A stretch of DNA of 64,000 nt from Bdellovibrionota bacterium (GTDB taxonomy: Bacteria > Bdellovibrionota_C > UBA2361 > JBGSMV01), in contig JBGSMV010000015.1 in the NCBI GenBank assembly GCA_041739995.1, positions 32,001 to 96,000 on the forward strand. The letters are read 5' to 3'. Positions 49,166 through 60,928 of the stretch are shown here, piece after piece (position 1 is the stretch's first letter; every line of letters starts with the position of its first letter). The notes beneath the pieces are model-generated. The model had not been told where the DNA came from and ran no database searches. It saw only the letters and a program-made list of their open reading frames with translations. A program made the position numbers and the translations under genes.

Positions 49166-50488
49166 ATGCTATCTATGAGAGTCCCAGGAATTTATCTCAC
49201 CTGTACGGCGCTTCTGAGCTTGGCTCTCACCTGGGAACCCTGCACCGCCGAGGCCCAATTCAAACTTAAGCACCTAGGGAAGTCTGAAATATCTGTCCAT
49301 ATAGACGAACAGCTCTTCGCCTCATTTGCTAACGCAACGGACATAGAGATAACACTTAACGGCCCACCACGTGCCCACTTCATGCTTGCGGTCGGAAGCT
49401 CGAGCCAGCTCTTTGCAGAACGTCCCAGCTCTCGTCCACTTCCGGGCGTATCGTTGATAGAGGGCGAGTTTGATCGAAACGGCGAGGCCTCTCTCGAACT
49501 AGATCTGAGTGGCTTCAATGTCGCCCGAGTATACGTTCAAGCCGCCTTGGACAAGCGCGGATTGTGGCGCGATACTTCACTGACCCCCGTTCGCACTCTT
49601 GTCGATCTTGAAAGAGTCTTAAAATCAGGTGGGGTGATTCCGGCCGAACCAATAGTCGGCCCCACTGGGCCGAAGGGAGATACGGGCGAAATTGGGCTCC
49701 CGGGAGAACCTGGGATCGCCGGTCCCCAAGGTCCAATGGGAGAGACAGGTGCAATCGGTGCAACTGGGCCGGCTGGAGCTGTCGGACCGATGGGTCCACA
49801 AGGGCTTCAAGGATTGCGAGGTGATGCGGGTGCTGACGGAATCGCTGGCGCGACTGGTCCTCAAGGGGTGAAAGGCGACACTGGTGTTGCCGGTCCACAA
49901 GGGGAACGCGGAGCTGATGGTGCGGTCGGTGCAACCGGACCACAGGGCATCGCCGGACTACAAGGACTTCCAGGCATTGCCGGGCAAAAAGGCGACAAAG
50001 GCGATGTAGGACCGCAGGGTCCCGTAGGTCCTGCCGGCCCCGCTGGCTCAGGAGGCGGAGGTGCGGCAACATTCATCGGCTGGTCTGGCGGTTGCCCTCG
50101 AACCCTGTCAAGCGCAGGCTGGAATAGGTACTGCGCTGAAGGTACCGACTTCAACACAGCGCAGAGCCATCTCTCCGTTGCGCCTGACGGCACCATAACT
50201 GTACTGCAAGCTGGCTTCTATCAAGTGAGCATGGCTGCCTCAACGCAAGTCTCTTCTCTTGGATTTATAAGGCTCATGAGACAAGGCACTACCGTACAGA
50301 TTGGAAGTGCCACCGCAAACAATAACCTTGATGATCTTCGAGTCGACATCGCCTGGCCGTTCGCAGTCGGCGACAAGATCGTGATTGAGGTCTTCAACGC
50401 TGCCGCCAACATCAGTGGAACAGGCCCTTGGTCGCCTACGGATGCCTATAGCCGCATGCAGGTGACTTATCTTGGTCCCGCACAATAA
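49166..50488 (+). CDS. Secreted collagen-like protein
   Basis: Signal peptide AEA; about 43 uninterrupted Gly-X-Y triplets; C-terminal beta-rich C1q/BclA-like domain. Confidence 0.9.
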   Translation: MLSMRVPGIYLTCTALLSLALTWEPCTAEAQFKLKHLGKSEISVHIDEQLFASFANATDIEITLNGPPRAHFMLAVGSSSQLFAERPSSRPLPGVSLIEGEFDRNGEASLELDLSGFNVARVYVQAALDKRGLWRDTSLTPVRTLVDLERVLKSGGVIPAEPIVGPTGPKGDTGEIGLPGEPGIAGPQGPMGETGAIGATGPAGAVGPMGPQGLQGLRGDAGADGIAGATGPQGVKGDTGVAGPQGERGADGAVGATGPQGIAGLQGLPGIAGQKGDKGDVGPQGPVGPAGPAGSGGGGAATFIGWSGGCPRTLSSAGWNRYCAEGTDFNTAQSHLSVAPDGTITVLQAGFYQVSMAASTQVSSLGFIRLMRQGTTVQIGSATANNNLDDLRVDIAWPFAVGDKIVIEVFNAAANISGTGPWSPTDAYSRMQVTYLGPAQ

Positions 50489-50520
50489 GGCCAATAAACA
50501 TTGCGCTTACAAATGGACTC

Positions 50521-51297
50521 TCACTCCTCGTCGCGCGCAATGACTATGCCATACGAGAGGCTCGCCAAGTCAGTCATGTGGTCTGACATCATACGCTGAA
50601 ACATCATGGTCTGCTCCAAGATATGCGGTACCGCATTTTCAGGAACACCACCCTGAAAGGCTTGATCAGAGAGATGAAGTCGAAAACCCTGGAGCATCGA
50701 CTTGAGATCTTTGGCGTGAGTTTGCGCACGAACGGTTAAAGGATCGCATGCTGCTATGGAGAGCACCTTGGTGAGTGTCTGAATCACCTTAGAACACCCA
50801 TCAACAATTTCATCTGTGGTAACTGCCGGCATTGATCGGGATGAAAAGCCAAACCCAAGCGATGGTCGACCAGTATTCTTTTCCACAAATTCGTCGAGCA
50901 TACCGTAGAGAGCCCGACTCAGATCTCTAACCATCGACACAGGATGATCGCCAGGCAAAGCCTCCGGCCCCTTCCTTGATCCTGCCGAGGGCTGTGTGAG
51001 CTCAGAAAACACCTCTTCGCTACCAGATGCAGAATTTGTAGCTGTAAGCGGCTTCCTATGTCCCGCTGGACTGTGTGCGTGCCTACGTTCAGGTGGATGC
51101 GGGGGCAGCTTTCTTCTCGTCGTACCCGAGAGGTCTTGTATCGGTTCTGGCGTAGCCTCATGGTTTGGCTTTGCTGCGTTGGATTCACCGGCAACTTCGC
51201 TATCACTCGACATCAGAGCACCCGACATAACGGCACTCGACATGCCTGGAAATCGATGTCCACCGCTCGCTGGCTGCTCTCTAAAACTCTGCTGCAT
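50521..51297 (-). CDS. Hypothetical protein
   Basis: 258-aa ORF with disordered N-terminus and helical C-terminus. Confidence 0.55.
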   Translation of the reverse strand: MQQSFREQPASGGHRFPGMSSAVMSGALMSSDSEVAGESNAAKPNHEATPEPIQDLSGTTRRKLPPHPPERRHAHSPAGHRKPLTATNSASGSEEVFSELTQPSAGSRKGPEALPGDHPVSMVRDLSRALYGMLDEFVEKNTGRPSLGFGFSSRSMPAVTTDEIVDGCSKVIQTLTKVLSIAACDPLTVRAQTHAKDLKSMLQGFRLHLSDQAFQGGVPENAVPHILEQTMMFQRMMSDHMTDLASLSYGIVIARDEE

Positions 51298-51481
51298 AAC
51301 GTCACCCTCAATAAACCTTCATCCACTTAAATTCGCTCACTTTCGATGCAAGGTTTTTGCTAACGTCGTGCTCACACTTGAATTACCCCCCTTCCACACC
51401 CACAACTAAGGGAACCCCTTTGTTATTGCTCTCAGGCATGCCTTGAGGATACGCTCTGCTAGCTAAGTTATTGAGCCAGCT

Positions 51482-53104
51482 ATGAAATTGACTTCTTCTC
51501 TCAGCACCTCAAGTCCTGATTTTCGGGCAAATCGAGAGCACTCTGAACGGTTGCTCGGTCAGCTGGGCGATCGGCTCTCAGAAGCCGCCGGAAGCCCCTC
51601 GGATTCGTCCATTGTACGGCACAAATCTCGCGGGAAACTGTTGGCCCGAGAACGCGTCGAACACCTGATTGATCCCGGTAGTCCTTTTTTAGAACTCTCC
51701 GCATTGGCGGGCCTTGAGCTGTACGAGGGAGTAAGACCAGGGGCAGGAATCATTACCGGCATAGGCCGGGTCTCTGGTCGCGAGTGCATGATTGTCGCGA
51801 ACGACGCGACCGTGAAAGGTGGCACCTACTTTCCACTGACTGTGAAGAAACACCTTCGTGCGCAAGAGATAGCTCTGGAGAACCATCTCCCCTGCTTATA
51901 CCTGGTCGATTCTGGTGGTGCCTTCCTTCCGCTACAAGACGAAGTATTTCCTGACCGTGACCACTTTGGACGCATCTTCTATAATCAAGCCCGCATGAGC
52001 GCGGCACGCATTCCACAGATTGCCGCCGTCATGGGGTCTTGCACCGCAGGTGGTGCCTACGTTCCCGCCATGAGCGACGAAGCCATCATCGTTCGTGAAC
52101 AAGGCACTATCTTTCTGGGCGGCCCTCCACTGGTAAAAGCAGCGACGGGAGTAGACATTTCAGCTGAAGAACTAGGCGGCGCAGACGTGCACTGCCGCAT
52201 TAGTGGCGTCGCTGACCATATCGCTGACGACGACTATCATGCGCTTCAGATCATGCGCCGCATTGTCGCGAACTTAGGTGTCGCCCCCCAGTCCCTTTTT
52301 GACCTCGCCACCCCTGTTCCTCCCGCATACGACCCCAACGAGATCCTTGGACTCATTCCTGCTGAACCAAAGAAATATTTCCCGATGCGAGAAATTCTCG
52401 CTCGCATGCTGGATGAGAGCGTGCTTGACGAATTCAAGCGCACCTACGGGGAATCCGTCATCTGTGGTTTTGCACGCCTCGAGGGCATGCTTATTGGAGT
52501 GATTGCCAACGACGGCATTCTGTTTTCAGAAAGTGCGGTAAAAGTCGCGCACTTTATTCAGCTCTGCAATCAACGCCGCATTCCGTTGCTCTTCATGCAA
52601 AACATCGTCGGCTTCATGGTAGGCAAAGACTATGAGCATGGCGGCATTGCTAAGCACGGCGCCAAAATGGTTACTGCGGTTTCTTGCTGCACAGTCCCTA
52701 AATTGACTCTTCTAGTGGGTGGCTCTTTCGGCGCCGGCAACTACGGAATGGCTGGTCGTGCTTATCAGCCTCGCTTCTTGTTCTCGTGGCCAAACTCTAG
52801 AATCTCGGTGATGGGTCCCGAACAAGCAGCCAGCGTACTTACCCAAGTCCGCCGAGAAGGCGCAGAACACAAAGGCAAAAAGACTTCTGAAAAAGAGCTC
52901 GACGCATATCGCCAAGAAATCGAGGCACGTTACAACGCACAAGCTTCAGCGTTTTATGCCACCGCACGCCTTTGGGACGACGGTATAATTAATCCCTTAC
53001 AAACCCGCTGTGTGCTCGCATTAGCGCTTGCGGCCAGCATGAACCGATCACATCAGCAGCAAAGCTCGACCTCTCAGTCGGACTTTGGAATTTTTAGAAT
53101 GTAA
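51482..53104 (+). CDS. liuB: Methylcrotonyl-CoA carboxylase, carboxyltransferase subunit
   Basis: '[10 protein letters not shown]', 'VKKHLRAQ', 'GSCTAGGAY', 'TARLWDDG'. Confidence 0.9.
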   Translation: MKLTSSLSTSSPDFRANREHSERLLGQLGDRLSEAAGSPSDSSIVRHKSRGKLLARERVEHLIDPGSPFLELSALAGLELYEGVRPGAGIITGIGRVSGRECMIVANDATVKGGTYFPLTVKKHLRAQEIALENHLPCLYLVDSGGAFLPLQDEVFPDRDHFGRIFYNQARMSAARIPQIAAVMGSCTAGGAYVPAMSDEAIIVREQGTIFLGGPPLVKAATGVDISAEELGGADVHCRISGVADHIADDDYHALQIMRRIVANLGVAPQSLFDLATPVPPAYDPNEILGLIPAEPKKYFPMREILARMLDESVLDEFKRTYGESVICGFARLEGMLIGVIANDGILFSESAVKVAHFIQLCNQRRIPLLFMQNIVGFMVGKDYEHGGIAKHGAKMVTAVSCCTVPKLTLLVGGSFGAGNYGMAGRAYQPRFLFSWPNSRISVMGPEQAASVLTQVRREGAEHKGKKTSEKELDAYRQEIEARYNAQASAFYATARLWDDGIINPLQTRCVLALALAASMNRSHQQQSSTSQSDFGIFRM

Positions 53105-53123
53105 CTTTCGATTGCAGTTCTCA

Positions 53124-55334
53124 ATGGCGAAACATTCTTCTCAACCTATTCGTAGGCTCCTGATTGCCAATCGCGGCGAAATTGCGTGCCGCATTATTCG
53201 ATCCTGCAAATTAGCTGGTATTACTCCCCTTGCGGTCTTCTCCGAAGCGGATCGATACGCGCTGCACACCAGGCTTGCAACCGAGTCGCTGTGCATAGGG
53301 GAAGGCGAGGCTCAAGCCTCATATCTCAATGGCAAAGCGGTACTTGATGCAGCGATTGCACTGAAAGCTGACGCGATACATCCAGGCTATGGATTTCTTT
53401 CTGAGAATGCTGAATTCGCCAAACAAGTTGAGCAGAAAGGAATACGGTTCATCGGCCCCTCACCTGAAAGTATGCGCGCGGTGGGCGACAAACTCGCCGC
53501 CAAAGCACTCGCTGCTCTTGCCAAGGTTCCCGTTGCCGCCAGCATTGGAATCTCAGTCTCTACCAGCAAGGGCAAAGATGCGGGTAAGGTCTCCAATCTT
53601 GAAGCGCTTAAATCCTTCACTAAGACAGTCGGTTTTCCGATCATTGTGAAAGCTTCTGGCGGCGGTGGCGGTCGCGGCATGCGCAAAGTCTACAAAGCAA
53701 CAGAGCTTGAAGAGGCGATTGCGAGTGCGTCGCGCGAAGCACAAAGCGCTTTCGGCAATGCCACTGTGTTTTGTGAGAAGCTAATAGAAAATGCGCGACA
53801 TATTGAAGTGCAAATTCTAGGCGACCATCACGGTACTGTCCTGGCACTTTCTGATCGTGACTGCACCATGCAGCGCAAACATCAGAAAGTGCTCGAAGAA
53901 GCCCCCGCGCCGGCACTTGAAGCACATGTTCGCCAAGCTCTGCATCAGTCGGCCGTCAGCCTGATGAAAGCGGCGAAGTACGCGAATGCAGGCACCGTGG
54001 AGTTTCTGCTCGACAAGGCAGGTTCGATTTATTTCCTTGAGGTGAACTCTCGGCTGCAAGTCGAGCATCCAGTCACCGAGATGGTTCTGGGGATTGACCT
54101 AGTAGCATTGCAAATAGCGGTAGCAGAAGGGGCCAAGCTTACCGACTTGCTTCCTAATGGACTTAGCGTTTGCGGTCACGCCATTGAAGCGCGAGTGTGC
54201 GCCGAGAATCCAGAGACTGGTTTTATCCCGTCGACCGGAATGCTCAGCACCTTCTCTACTCCTCAGCAGAGCACTTCTTACTTCGAGAGCGCTGCGCCTT
54301 CGTCCGGTACACTACTTCGTGTTGACACCGGATTCGAACGCGGAGACAGAATTTCTCACTTCTATGATTCGCTTGCCGCCAAGGTAATCGTGCATGCTCC
54401 CAATCGCGCTGAGGCAATCACCTCCTTGCGTGCCGCGCTCAGCAACTTCCTCATTGAAGGCGTGCACACCAATCGTCACTATTTACTCTCTCTCCTCAAA
54501 GAAGAGTCTTTCGCCAAGGTTTCGCACTCTATCGACTCTGCTGGCTCAATTCAGACGCAGATCTCCCCGCGCGAGCGTTGGTTTGCTGTTGTTGCCGCCG
54601 CGCTCTGGGAAATTCTTGGCAGCGGACAAAGCACCGGCAGAACAGCTCGCCACACTCAAGGTGGCCTGCCAAATGCTATTGGCGCATGTGGTAGCACATC
54701 CTCCTCCCTCTCTCCTTGGTCGCTCGAGATGGGCCATCGACAGAGCGCGAGACAATCCGGCGCAGAATCGTCAGGCACCACGAGTTTTCAACGTTGCATG
54801 TTGGTGGATTCTCTTCCTTGCCAGGTTGAGATCTCAGGCTTGGGACTCGATTCCACGCACTCGCTTACTGCAACAGTGAAAGTTTCGAACGACGGCGCAG
54901 CCCTTTTAAGCGGAAGAGTCCAGGCCTCCATATCCAAGACCGGCGCTCTCGCATTTACATTCGAGTCTATTGGGCGAGAGTTTTTCTTTAGCGCCAAGGC
55001 TTTGGAGCGCTTCAATCGCGGCGAAGGTATTTGGGTCCATGGACAAACGGCGACATTTCGGATCACCCTCGTCCGAGAGAAGCTTCGCACTCATTCATCT
55101 AAAGAGAGCGCACACAGTGGAGAGATTACAAGCCATCTACCCGGCAAGATTTTGTCCCTGAAGGTCAAGGTCGGTGATACAGTCGCCCAGGGTGACGTGC
55201 TCGTGGTGTTAGAATCCATGAAAATGGAGCATCGCATTGAAGCTCCCTCGGCTGGCCGCGTCAGGGAAGTCTCTGTGACGAATGGTCAGACGATCGAGGC
55301 CGGAAAGATCTTGCTTTCAGTTGAAACTAACTAG
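53124..55334 (+). CDS. liuD: Acyl-CoA carboxylase biotin carboxylase/biotin-carrier subunit
   Basis: 'ANRGEIA', 'HPGYGFLSEN', 'GGGGRGM', 'RLQVEHPVTE', biotin site 'ESMKM'. Confidence 0.88.
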   Translation: MAKHSSQPIRRLLIANRGEIACRIIRSCKLAGITPLAVFSEADRYALHTRLATESLCIGEGEAQASYLNGKAVLDAAIALKADAIHPGYGFLSENAEFAKQVEQKGIRFIGPSPESMRAVGDKLAAKALAALAKVPVAASIGISVSTSKGKDAGKVSNLEALKSFTKTVGFPIIVKASGGGGGRGMRKVYKATELEEAIASASREAQSAFGNATVFCEKLIENARHIEVQILGDHHGTVLALSDRDCTMQRKHQKVLEEAPAPALEAHVRQALHQSAVSLMKAAKYANAGTVEFLLDKAGSIYFLEVNSRLQVEHPVTEMVLGIDLVALQIAVAEGAKLTDLLPNGLSVCGHAIEARVCAENPETGFIPSTGMLSTFSTPQQSTSYFESAAPSSGTLLRVDTGFERGDRISHFYDSLAAKVIVHAPNRAEAITSLRAALSNFLIEGVHTNRHYLLSLLKEESFAKVSHSIDSAGSIQTQISPRERWFAVVAAALWEILGSGQSTGRTARHTQGGLPNAIGACGSTSSSLSPWSLEMGHRQSARQSGAESSGTTSFQRCMLVDSLPCQVEISGLGLDSTHSLTATVKVSNDGAALLSGRVQASISKTGALAFTFESIGREFFFSAKALERFNRGEGIWVHGQTATFRITLVREKLRTHSSKESAHSGEITSHLPGKILSLKVKVGDTVAQGDVLVVLESMKMEHRIEAPSAGRVREVSVTNGQTIEAGKILLSVETN

Positions 55335-55456
55335 TTTTGCCTTGCGAAGACCCGGCAATCCAGCCCGCACTCCTTTATGCGAGCACTCAATGCTCATTTC
55401 AAATGGTTAAGGCGGGTCGATGATTTGGGTGTCCAAATCTCTTCAACCAGATTCAT

Positions 55457-56113
55457 TTAAGTCTTTCGAAAGATTCTTACATTCTTGTGCGGCGTTTCCA
55501 TTCGCCAGTTATAGCATGCTGCGATCCAAACAAACGTTTGCGGCTGATAAAACGAGACATGCGTAAAATCTCGTAAGTACCACCAAGTCTCAAATGGAAA
55601 AGTTCCATCGAAAACTTCAGTCATAATGACTAGGCTACCGCCCGGGGCGAGTAACTGATTGACCTGCCTGAATTCCTTTGCAGGGATATGAAAATGCTCA
55701 ATTGTTTCAGTGGAAATTATAAAATCGTACTGATCGGTTGCGAGAAATTCTTTCGGCGCAAAGTAAGGATCATAATTCTCAATACTGAAGCCTGATTCGG
55801 TGAGCATGGCCGCCACCACTGGCTCAGGACCAGAACCATAATCAAGTCCTCGCATCCCGTTTCGTAAGGTTGGAAGAAGTGGCTCAAGCGCACGATTTAA
55901 AAACTCTCGATATTGAAGATTATCTATAGAATTTTCGTGCATTTCATAGCGTTTGCGCTCCTCATTTTGATTGGGACGCAAATTAGGATGGAGCGATATG
56001 AGTCCGCAGTTCGCGCATTCACAGTATCCGCGAGCGTTTGGGATACTCCTTGATATTAGAACATTATGGGCGCACAGCGGGCAGGCTTTCATTTCCTTCT
56101 CGAGAGTCACCAT
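55457..56113 (-). CDS. Class I SAM methyltransferase with an N-terminal Cys motif
   Basis: CPLC..CANC; 'LDYGSGP', 'YDPYF', 'WWYLRDFTHVSFY'. Confidence 0.88.
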   Translation of the reverse strand: MVTLEKEMKACPLCAHNVLISRSIPNARGYCECANCGLISLHPNLRPNQNEERKRYEMHENSIDNLQYREFLNRALEPLLPTLRNGMRGLDYGSGPEPVVAAMLTESGFSIENYDPYFAPKEFLATDQYDFIISTETIEHFHIPAKEFRQVNQLLAPGGSLVIMTEVFDGTFPFETWWYLRDFTHVSFYQPQTFVWIAACYNWRMETPHKNVRIFRKT

Positions 56114-56341
56114 TACCTTCAATCGTTAACTTTATTTAAGCTTCTTAGGGAACTGTTTTCTTAGGGAACTGTTATTGTCGAGACTTGATGAGCAAACACA
56201 TCTGCAAACAGCGGGCCATCACCAGAAAAGTTCTGGGACACCCATACTCTTAGCATTGAGAATCTCAACCCATTCCAAATGGTAAGAGATTGGGTGCCCT
56301 AAGCTCCACTCTATCAGCTTCAGCACTGGGATAAAGAAACA

Positions 56342-57430
56342 TCAAATACCGGATAGCAACTTAAACTCTCGCAAGTACCCCCCTGCCACGAAGGCCGGGG
56401 AAAGTTCTAGTCGACGGGTCTGATTAGCTTCGAGCGCCTTAAGATAGTCACCGCTCTCTATGCACTCCGCTATCTTTGCAGCGCCTGCGCTCCAGTCAGC
56501 ACTCTCTATGTCCTCAAGATTACTATAGGGAACTTTTATCACTGAAAGCTTCTCAGAAACCTCAGCTGAATTCATTTCAAGGACCACGGGGATACTAAAT
56601 CCACGGTGCAGGGAGCCGGAGTTCTCACCTGTCCTGACCTTAGCTCCAAGATGATAGAGCTGAAGATTAAAGGTCAGATTGATTTGGCGTGGCATCACAT
56701 CCTCATGACACACCACCACCAGCGGGTGGGATGGTCTATTTATCGGAAGCGAGAGCCGAGAAGCCTGCACAAGCTCAAAGGACGGTAGACCGGCTTCAAC
56801 GAACATTTCGTCCAATAGCGTGAGCTGAAGCTCAGAGCTTGGCGCCCCTCCAAGATAGCCAATGACAGAGAGATCGGCGTGATTCATAAGCAGCGACGCG
56901 AGAACACGCACCGCATGCCTAACGGAACGCATTTCACCCCAGATGGTGTGCGCTCCAACGATAATTGGATCGATCTGTCGCGGAGCTTCTTCCAAAGTAG
57001 GCGAATCAAAAAATCCATGCGCGATGTCCATGCAAGCAAGCCCTGTCGCTAATAGTGCTTGGTCTTGCAAGTGCCAGGAGCCAAGAAGCGCTATTCTTGC
57101 TGCTGACAAGGATTCAAATCGCCAACCCTCAAGCTCTTCATGAAACCGCTGCTGAATTTCATCGGGGCGATGCATCAAAATTATGGTCGGAGCTGAGTTC
57201 CGTCGGACTCGGTCTGGTAGGGCCCTAAATATCTCCCTGTCATATTCTGCCGAATGGGGTGCTCCGTGAATCTGCACGAGTAACGGCGAATTGGTGCCAA
57301 AGCGTTCGTAAATCTCATCAGCAGAGGAACTCAAAAACGTGGGAACGCCGAGAACATCGAAACCTTGCTTCAGTATGCCACTAGAATAGTGAAGCAATGT
57401 CGGTGCGCCGAGAATCGAAATGAACTTCAT
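56342..57430 (-). CDS. Hypothetical protein, possibly GT-B-like
   Basis: About 360-aa ORF; weak cues only ('IILMH', 'IAHG'). Confidence 0.5.
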   Translation of the reverse strand: MKFISILGAPTLLHYSSGILKQGFDVLGVPTFLSSSADEIYERFGTNSPLLVQIHGAPHSAEYDREIFRALPDRVRRNSAPTIILMHRPDEIQQRFHEELEGWRFESLSAARIALLGSWHLQDQALLATGLACMDIAHGFFDSPTLEEAPRQIDPIIVGAHTIWGEMRSVRHAVRVLASLLMNHADLSVIGYLGGAPSSELQLTLLDEMFVEAGLPSFELVQASRLSLPINRPSHPLVVVCHEDVMPRQINLTFNLQLYHLGAKVRTGENSGSLHRGFSIPVVLEMNSAEVSEKLSVIKVPYSNLEDIESADWSAGAAKIAECIESGDYLKALEANQTRRLELSPAFVAGGYLREFKLLSGI

Positions 57431-57726
57431 TGACAATACACTTTCCCCCAGTAGGAGAGAGAAGACCATAGCTGCGGCAGCCAATCGGCGCGAGCTGCTC
57501 CAAGCTCACATCAGAAATTTCAAATTTTGCACAATCTTAAGCGCCAACGCCTCGACCTGTCGGCAGAGATTTCCGCGTCTCTTAAAGAGTCACTAAGCCA
57601 CTGTAACCTCAGTAAATTTTGAATGGTTGAACTTTTTGGTACTCCACCGATAGTGGCCACACACCTGAATTATTTGCGGGGTGTGGTTTGAGGTGTAGTT
57701 CCAGGTCCTCGATTCAACCGTGATGT

Positions 57727-58404
57727 CTACAAAGTCACGGCTTTGACTGGGTGCACCGATTCGCCATCGTAGATCCCCGCAGTGTCCTTAACCAGTTTTA
57801 GCAGCTGCGCTTTAAGCTCTCGTGAAAGGTTGCGCCCAGTCACCTCCCGGTACTCATGCGGGCAAAAACCGAGGTAATTTACCCAAACCACCAGATCGAA
57901 TGGCCCTGCTTTCAGAGAACTCAGCAACGATTGGTCTAAGTCCATCACTACGTGCTTGTACGGCTCAGGGGAGCTTTCACGAATGTCGACTCCTATGACA
58001 TCCATGCCCAGAGCACTAAGAAATCTCGCTCTCCACGGTTCGAATTGAACTCCATTGACGCTGACAAACAAAGGTCCAGGCTGAACCCGAGCTCCGCAGG
58101 CCACATCTAAGCACTGCAGTCCCTTCAAGGTAGAGAGGCCCCCAAAGAAACTTCCAACCGCCAGTGAGGTATCCAATAAGCGGTGCTCAATTCGTCTTGT
58201 GGTGAATTCATCGGCAGAATCTTGAAGTGGGACCAGAAGGTCGCGAATAACTTCTCGCAAAGTCCTGCCATCCGGCACTATGTGTTCAAGTTGGAACCGA
58301 TCACCCAAGTGCTTCGGAAGATTATCCAGGGAACGAAAAATCGCCCCATCACTACTCGGTAGGAATAATAAGTCCCGAGCGCTCGCGCGTGGTTGAGGAT
58401 CCAT
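57727..58404 (-). CDS. SAM-dependent methyltransferase-like protein
   Basis: 'CLDVACG', 'VIGVDI', 'PFDLV'. Confidence 0.7.
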   Translation of the reverse strand: MDPQPRASARDLLFLPSSDGAIFRSLDNLPKHLGDRFQLEHIVPDGRTLREVIRDLLVPLQDSADEFTTRRIEHRLLDTSLAVGSFFGGLSTLKGLQCLDVACGARVQPGPLFVSVNGVQFEPWRARFLSALGMDVIGVDIRESSPEPYKHVVMDLDQSLLSSLKAGPFDLVVWVNYLGFCPHEYREVTGRNLSRELKAQLLKLVKDTAGIYDGESVHPVKAVTL

Positions 58405-58470
58405 GCAGCGCAGTTTAGAGCGATTCCATACCTAATCAAACTGCGGCGGGGAGGCCCCCACCACCGGTGC

Positions 58471-60321
58471 CTACACGAAAGAAATATCTGCTGAATAGGG
58501 GGAATGCCTCAGGAACAATGCACGAGGAAGCACTTCCACCTTAACTCCGCTAAGAAAGCGCGCATGATGATATCCCACGGCCGCGATCCTCGCATCGCTC
58601 CGAATATCGCGAACCAAACAACGAACTTCAGCGCTCGCAAGCGTTCCATTCTCGAGAGCTGGCGTTCCAAAAGGCTGCATAGCAACCAGATGAGGCAAGG
58701 CGCGCATAGAGGTGACGACTTCGATACTACCGCACGCCGCGGCGAGAAGTGCGCCCATGCGAGCGAGCCGCATGGCTCTTCCCGTTGACGTTAGCTGGGC
58801 ATTCACCGCGTCGCTTAAGCACTGAGTGCCGCGATAGAAGCCCGAAGCTCCCTCTCCACCCGGATTGGTCAACACCTGAGCGAGAGTCCTGTACCAGCTA
58901 GCGGCAACAAACGTCTCGGCAGAATCTCGTGGCACAGGCGCATCCTCCCACTGAACCCCAGAAGCAGCGCGAATCTCAAGTAACTTCGCTGCCCGTTCGC
59001 TTTGCTTAGTGAGCACACACCAAGAAGCAAGGCGACATAAGGTCATATCAGCATCAATTCCAAGAGTTCCTGCCTTAGCCGCCGAAGACTCCACCGCAGA
59101 CCACGCCACCGCCTGTTGCTCGCCTGATCCAAACGCGTGCACAATCTGAAAGGCCTGGCTCGCCTCAACAAACAGTTCACGCCCAGTCTCGAGAAAGAGG
59201 TCTCTGGTGGGAACCTCCTTTCCTGAAAGAATCATGGCTGCTTGCTTGATGCCATGTGCAAGATTCGCCACGGGTTGACTCTCTCCGCCCTCGGCTGGAC
59301 ACGGAGAAATTTCAATAGCGCGCTTTACGAAGGTGATCGCTTCTGAAAACCTCCCTGCTCTTAAACTCCCTTCGGCCAAGTCGCAGCGCGCACTACTATT
59401 GGCAAACGAGGTCGCTCGCGAAAGCATCCGCGAAATTCGAGAATCGACCTCAGCCAATATTAAATTGTCTGGGTCACATCTGGCGAAACCATTTCGTATT
59501 TCGCAAAGAATCGGCAAAATTAACGCTGAGGGAACTGCTTCAGAGACAGCACCTTCACTCAACTCCTTACCTCGAAGGATCTCCCAAGCCTCTACCGGAG
59601 CTCCAACCCGACAGAGCGCAGCAACTACACTGGGCAAGCCGTGGGCAGCACCGGAAACGCTGGTCGACGGGCTCAGCAGTTCGACGCTCTCGCGGACAAA
59701 AGCCGCCATCGATGGCACGGCCTCTAATTTCAGGTGAGATTGCTCTGTAAATGCCCGCAGGACACCGAGCCGCGCGGCAGGCTGCGCAGCGTCAGGGAGC
59801 TCCGCGAGTTGTTTGCGCACTTGTTTAAGGACTTCTTCGGCACCTCTAAACAATCCGCTCCTGGTAAAGTAAGCTCCTAGCGAAGCATGTAATGCCGCAG
59901 CTTCAATTTGGGCTTCCAGTGGCGCTATCTCATCGATAGGACGAGAAGCGAGGGTTCCACGCCTAAGGACATCTGCAATCTTCACCGCTACGGCGCCGGT
60001 CACCACGCCATCTTTTTCACGTCCTGGCTGAGATCCCGATCCAAGTACCATTCCCGCCTGCCCAAAAATCATTCCAATTTCTAAGGCTGTTTGCGGAGCT
60101 GAACTAAGCACTCGAGGCGATAGAGACAGATGAAGCGCCTGAGATACAAAGAAAGGGGCGAGAGTCTGGTTCCACAACGAAGTGCGTTGGATGCGCACGA
60201 GCTGCTCTTGAGCATTGGGGGCACGAAAGCCTGTGAGCCCTCGATCACTCGACGCTCCACTCGCGCTATAATCTGAACCAGCACCGGAAGACGGCGAATT
60301 CTGAGAACTAAAGTGGACCAT
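58471..60321 (-). CDS. Helical-repeat (TPR-like) hypothetical protein
   Basis: Ala/Leu-rich; 'LRAGRFSEAITFVKRAIEISP'. Confidence 0.6.
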   Translation of the reverse strand: MVHFSSQNSPSSGAGSDYSASGASSDRGLTGFRAPNAQEQLVRIQRTSLWNQTLAPFFVSQALHLSLSPRVLSSAPQTALEIGMIFGQAGMVLGSGSQPGREKDGVVTGAVAVKIADVLRRGTLASRPIDEIAPLEAQIEAAALHASLGAYFTRSGLFRGAEEVLKQVRKQLAELPDAAQPAARLGVLRAFTEQSHLKLEAVPSMAAFVRESVELLSPSTSVSGAAHGLPSVVAALCRVGAPVEAWEILRGKELSEGAVSEAVPSALILPILCEIRNGFARCDPDNLILAEVDSRISRMLSRATSFANSSARCDLAEGSLRAGRFSEAITFVKRAIEISPCPAEGGESQPVANLAHGIKQAAMILSGKEVPTRDLFLETGRELFVEASQAFQIVHAFGSGEQQAVAWSAVESSAAKAGTLGIDADMTLCRLASWCVLTKQSERAAKLLEIRAASGVQWEDAPVPRDSAETFVAASWYRTLAQVLTNPGGEGASGFYRGTQCLSDAVNAQLTSTGRAMRLARMGALLAAACGSIEVVTSMRALPHLVAMQPFGTPALENGTLASAEVRCLVRDIRSDARIAAVGYHHARFLSGVKVEVLPRALFLRHSPYSADISFV

Positions 60322-60475
60322 CGACGAGGCAAGCAAAAAACGCCGTTATGGGCGTAACACATTGAGCGCGTTGTACTCCTATAGATATGGGTAAGCTAGT
60401 GCCAATCGTACGTCTAACGAAACTTAAATAACGCTGGAATGTGGACTAAGATTTTGTAGTTATTAAGTAAATCTT

Positions 60476-60928
60476 TTAGACGAGGTTCATTTCATGCACG
60501 ATCGCGAGCACTTCCTTAGTCTCGACCAGGCGTAAATTGTCGTCCCATGGAACTCGAACGCCCGCGTGCTTTCCGATCAAAACAATGGCTCCCAGGGGAA
60601 TTCCACTGATATTCGACTCCTCGTCGGAACCCTGATCGCTGGCGGTTGCCACCTCTAATACCTCAGCCAAAACACTCTCCGAAGCCGCTGCCTTAGCTCC
60701 TTCTGGAAGATATAATCCCCCGTCGGACACGTTGCTGTCCTTGCGGATGCTCACCAGAACCCGCATTCCTATCGGACTAACCTTCCGGATGCGTCGATGG
60801 TCTCCAAAACGCACCGAAGACGTTTTTCCGCGACCTCCCTCGGCTCGAAGATTCTGCAGCTCTTCGTTCATTTCCTGCTCAATCGTACGTTCAAGCAGGT
60901 CATCTTTTTTCTTTGGACCGTTGGACAT
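60476..60928 (-). CDS. GroES-like co-chaperonin with N-terminal extension
   Basis: 'PIGMRVLV..SDGGLYLPE..AEVLEVA..KHAG..EVLAIV'; start uncertain (60928-60952). Confidence 0.8.
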   Translation of the reverse strand: MSNGPKKKDDLLERTIEQEMNEELQNLRAEGGRGKTSSVRFGDHRRIRKVSPIGMRVLVSIRKDSNVSDGGLYLPEGAKAAASESVLAEVLEVATASDQGSDEESNISGIPLGAIVLIGKHAGVRVPWDDNLRLVETKEVLAIVHEMNLV

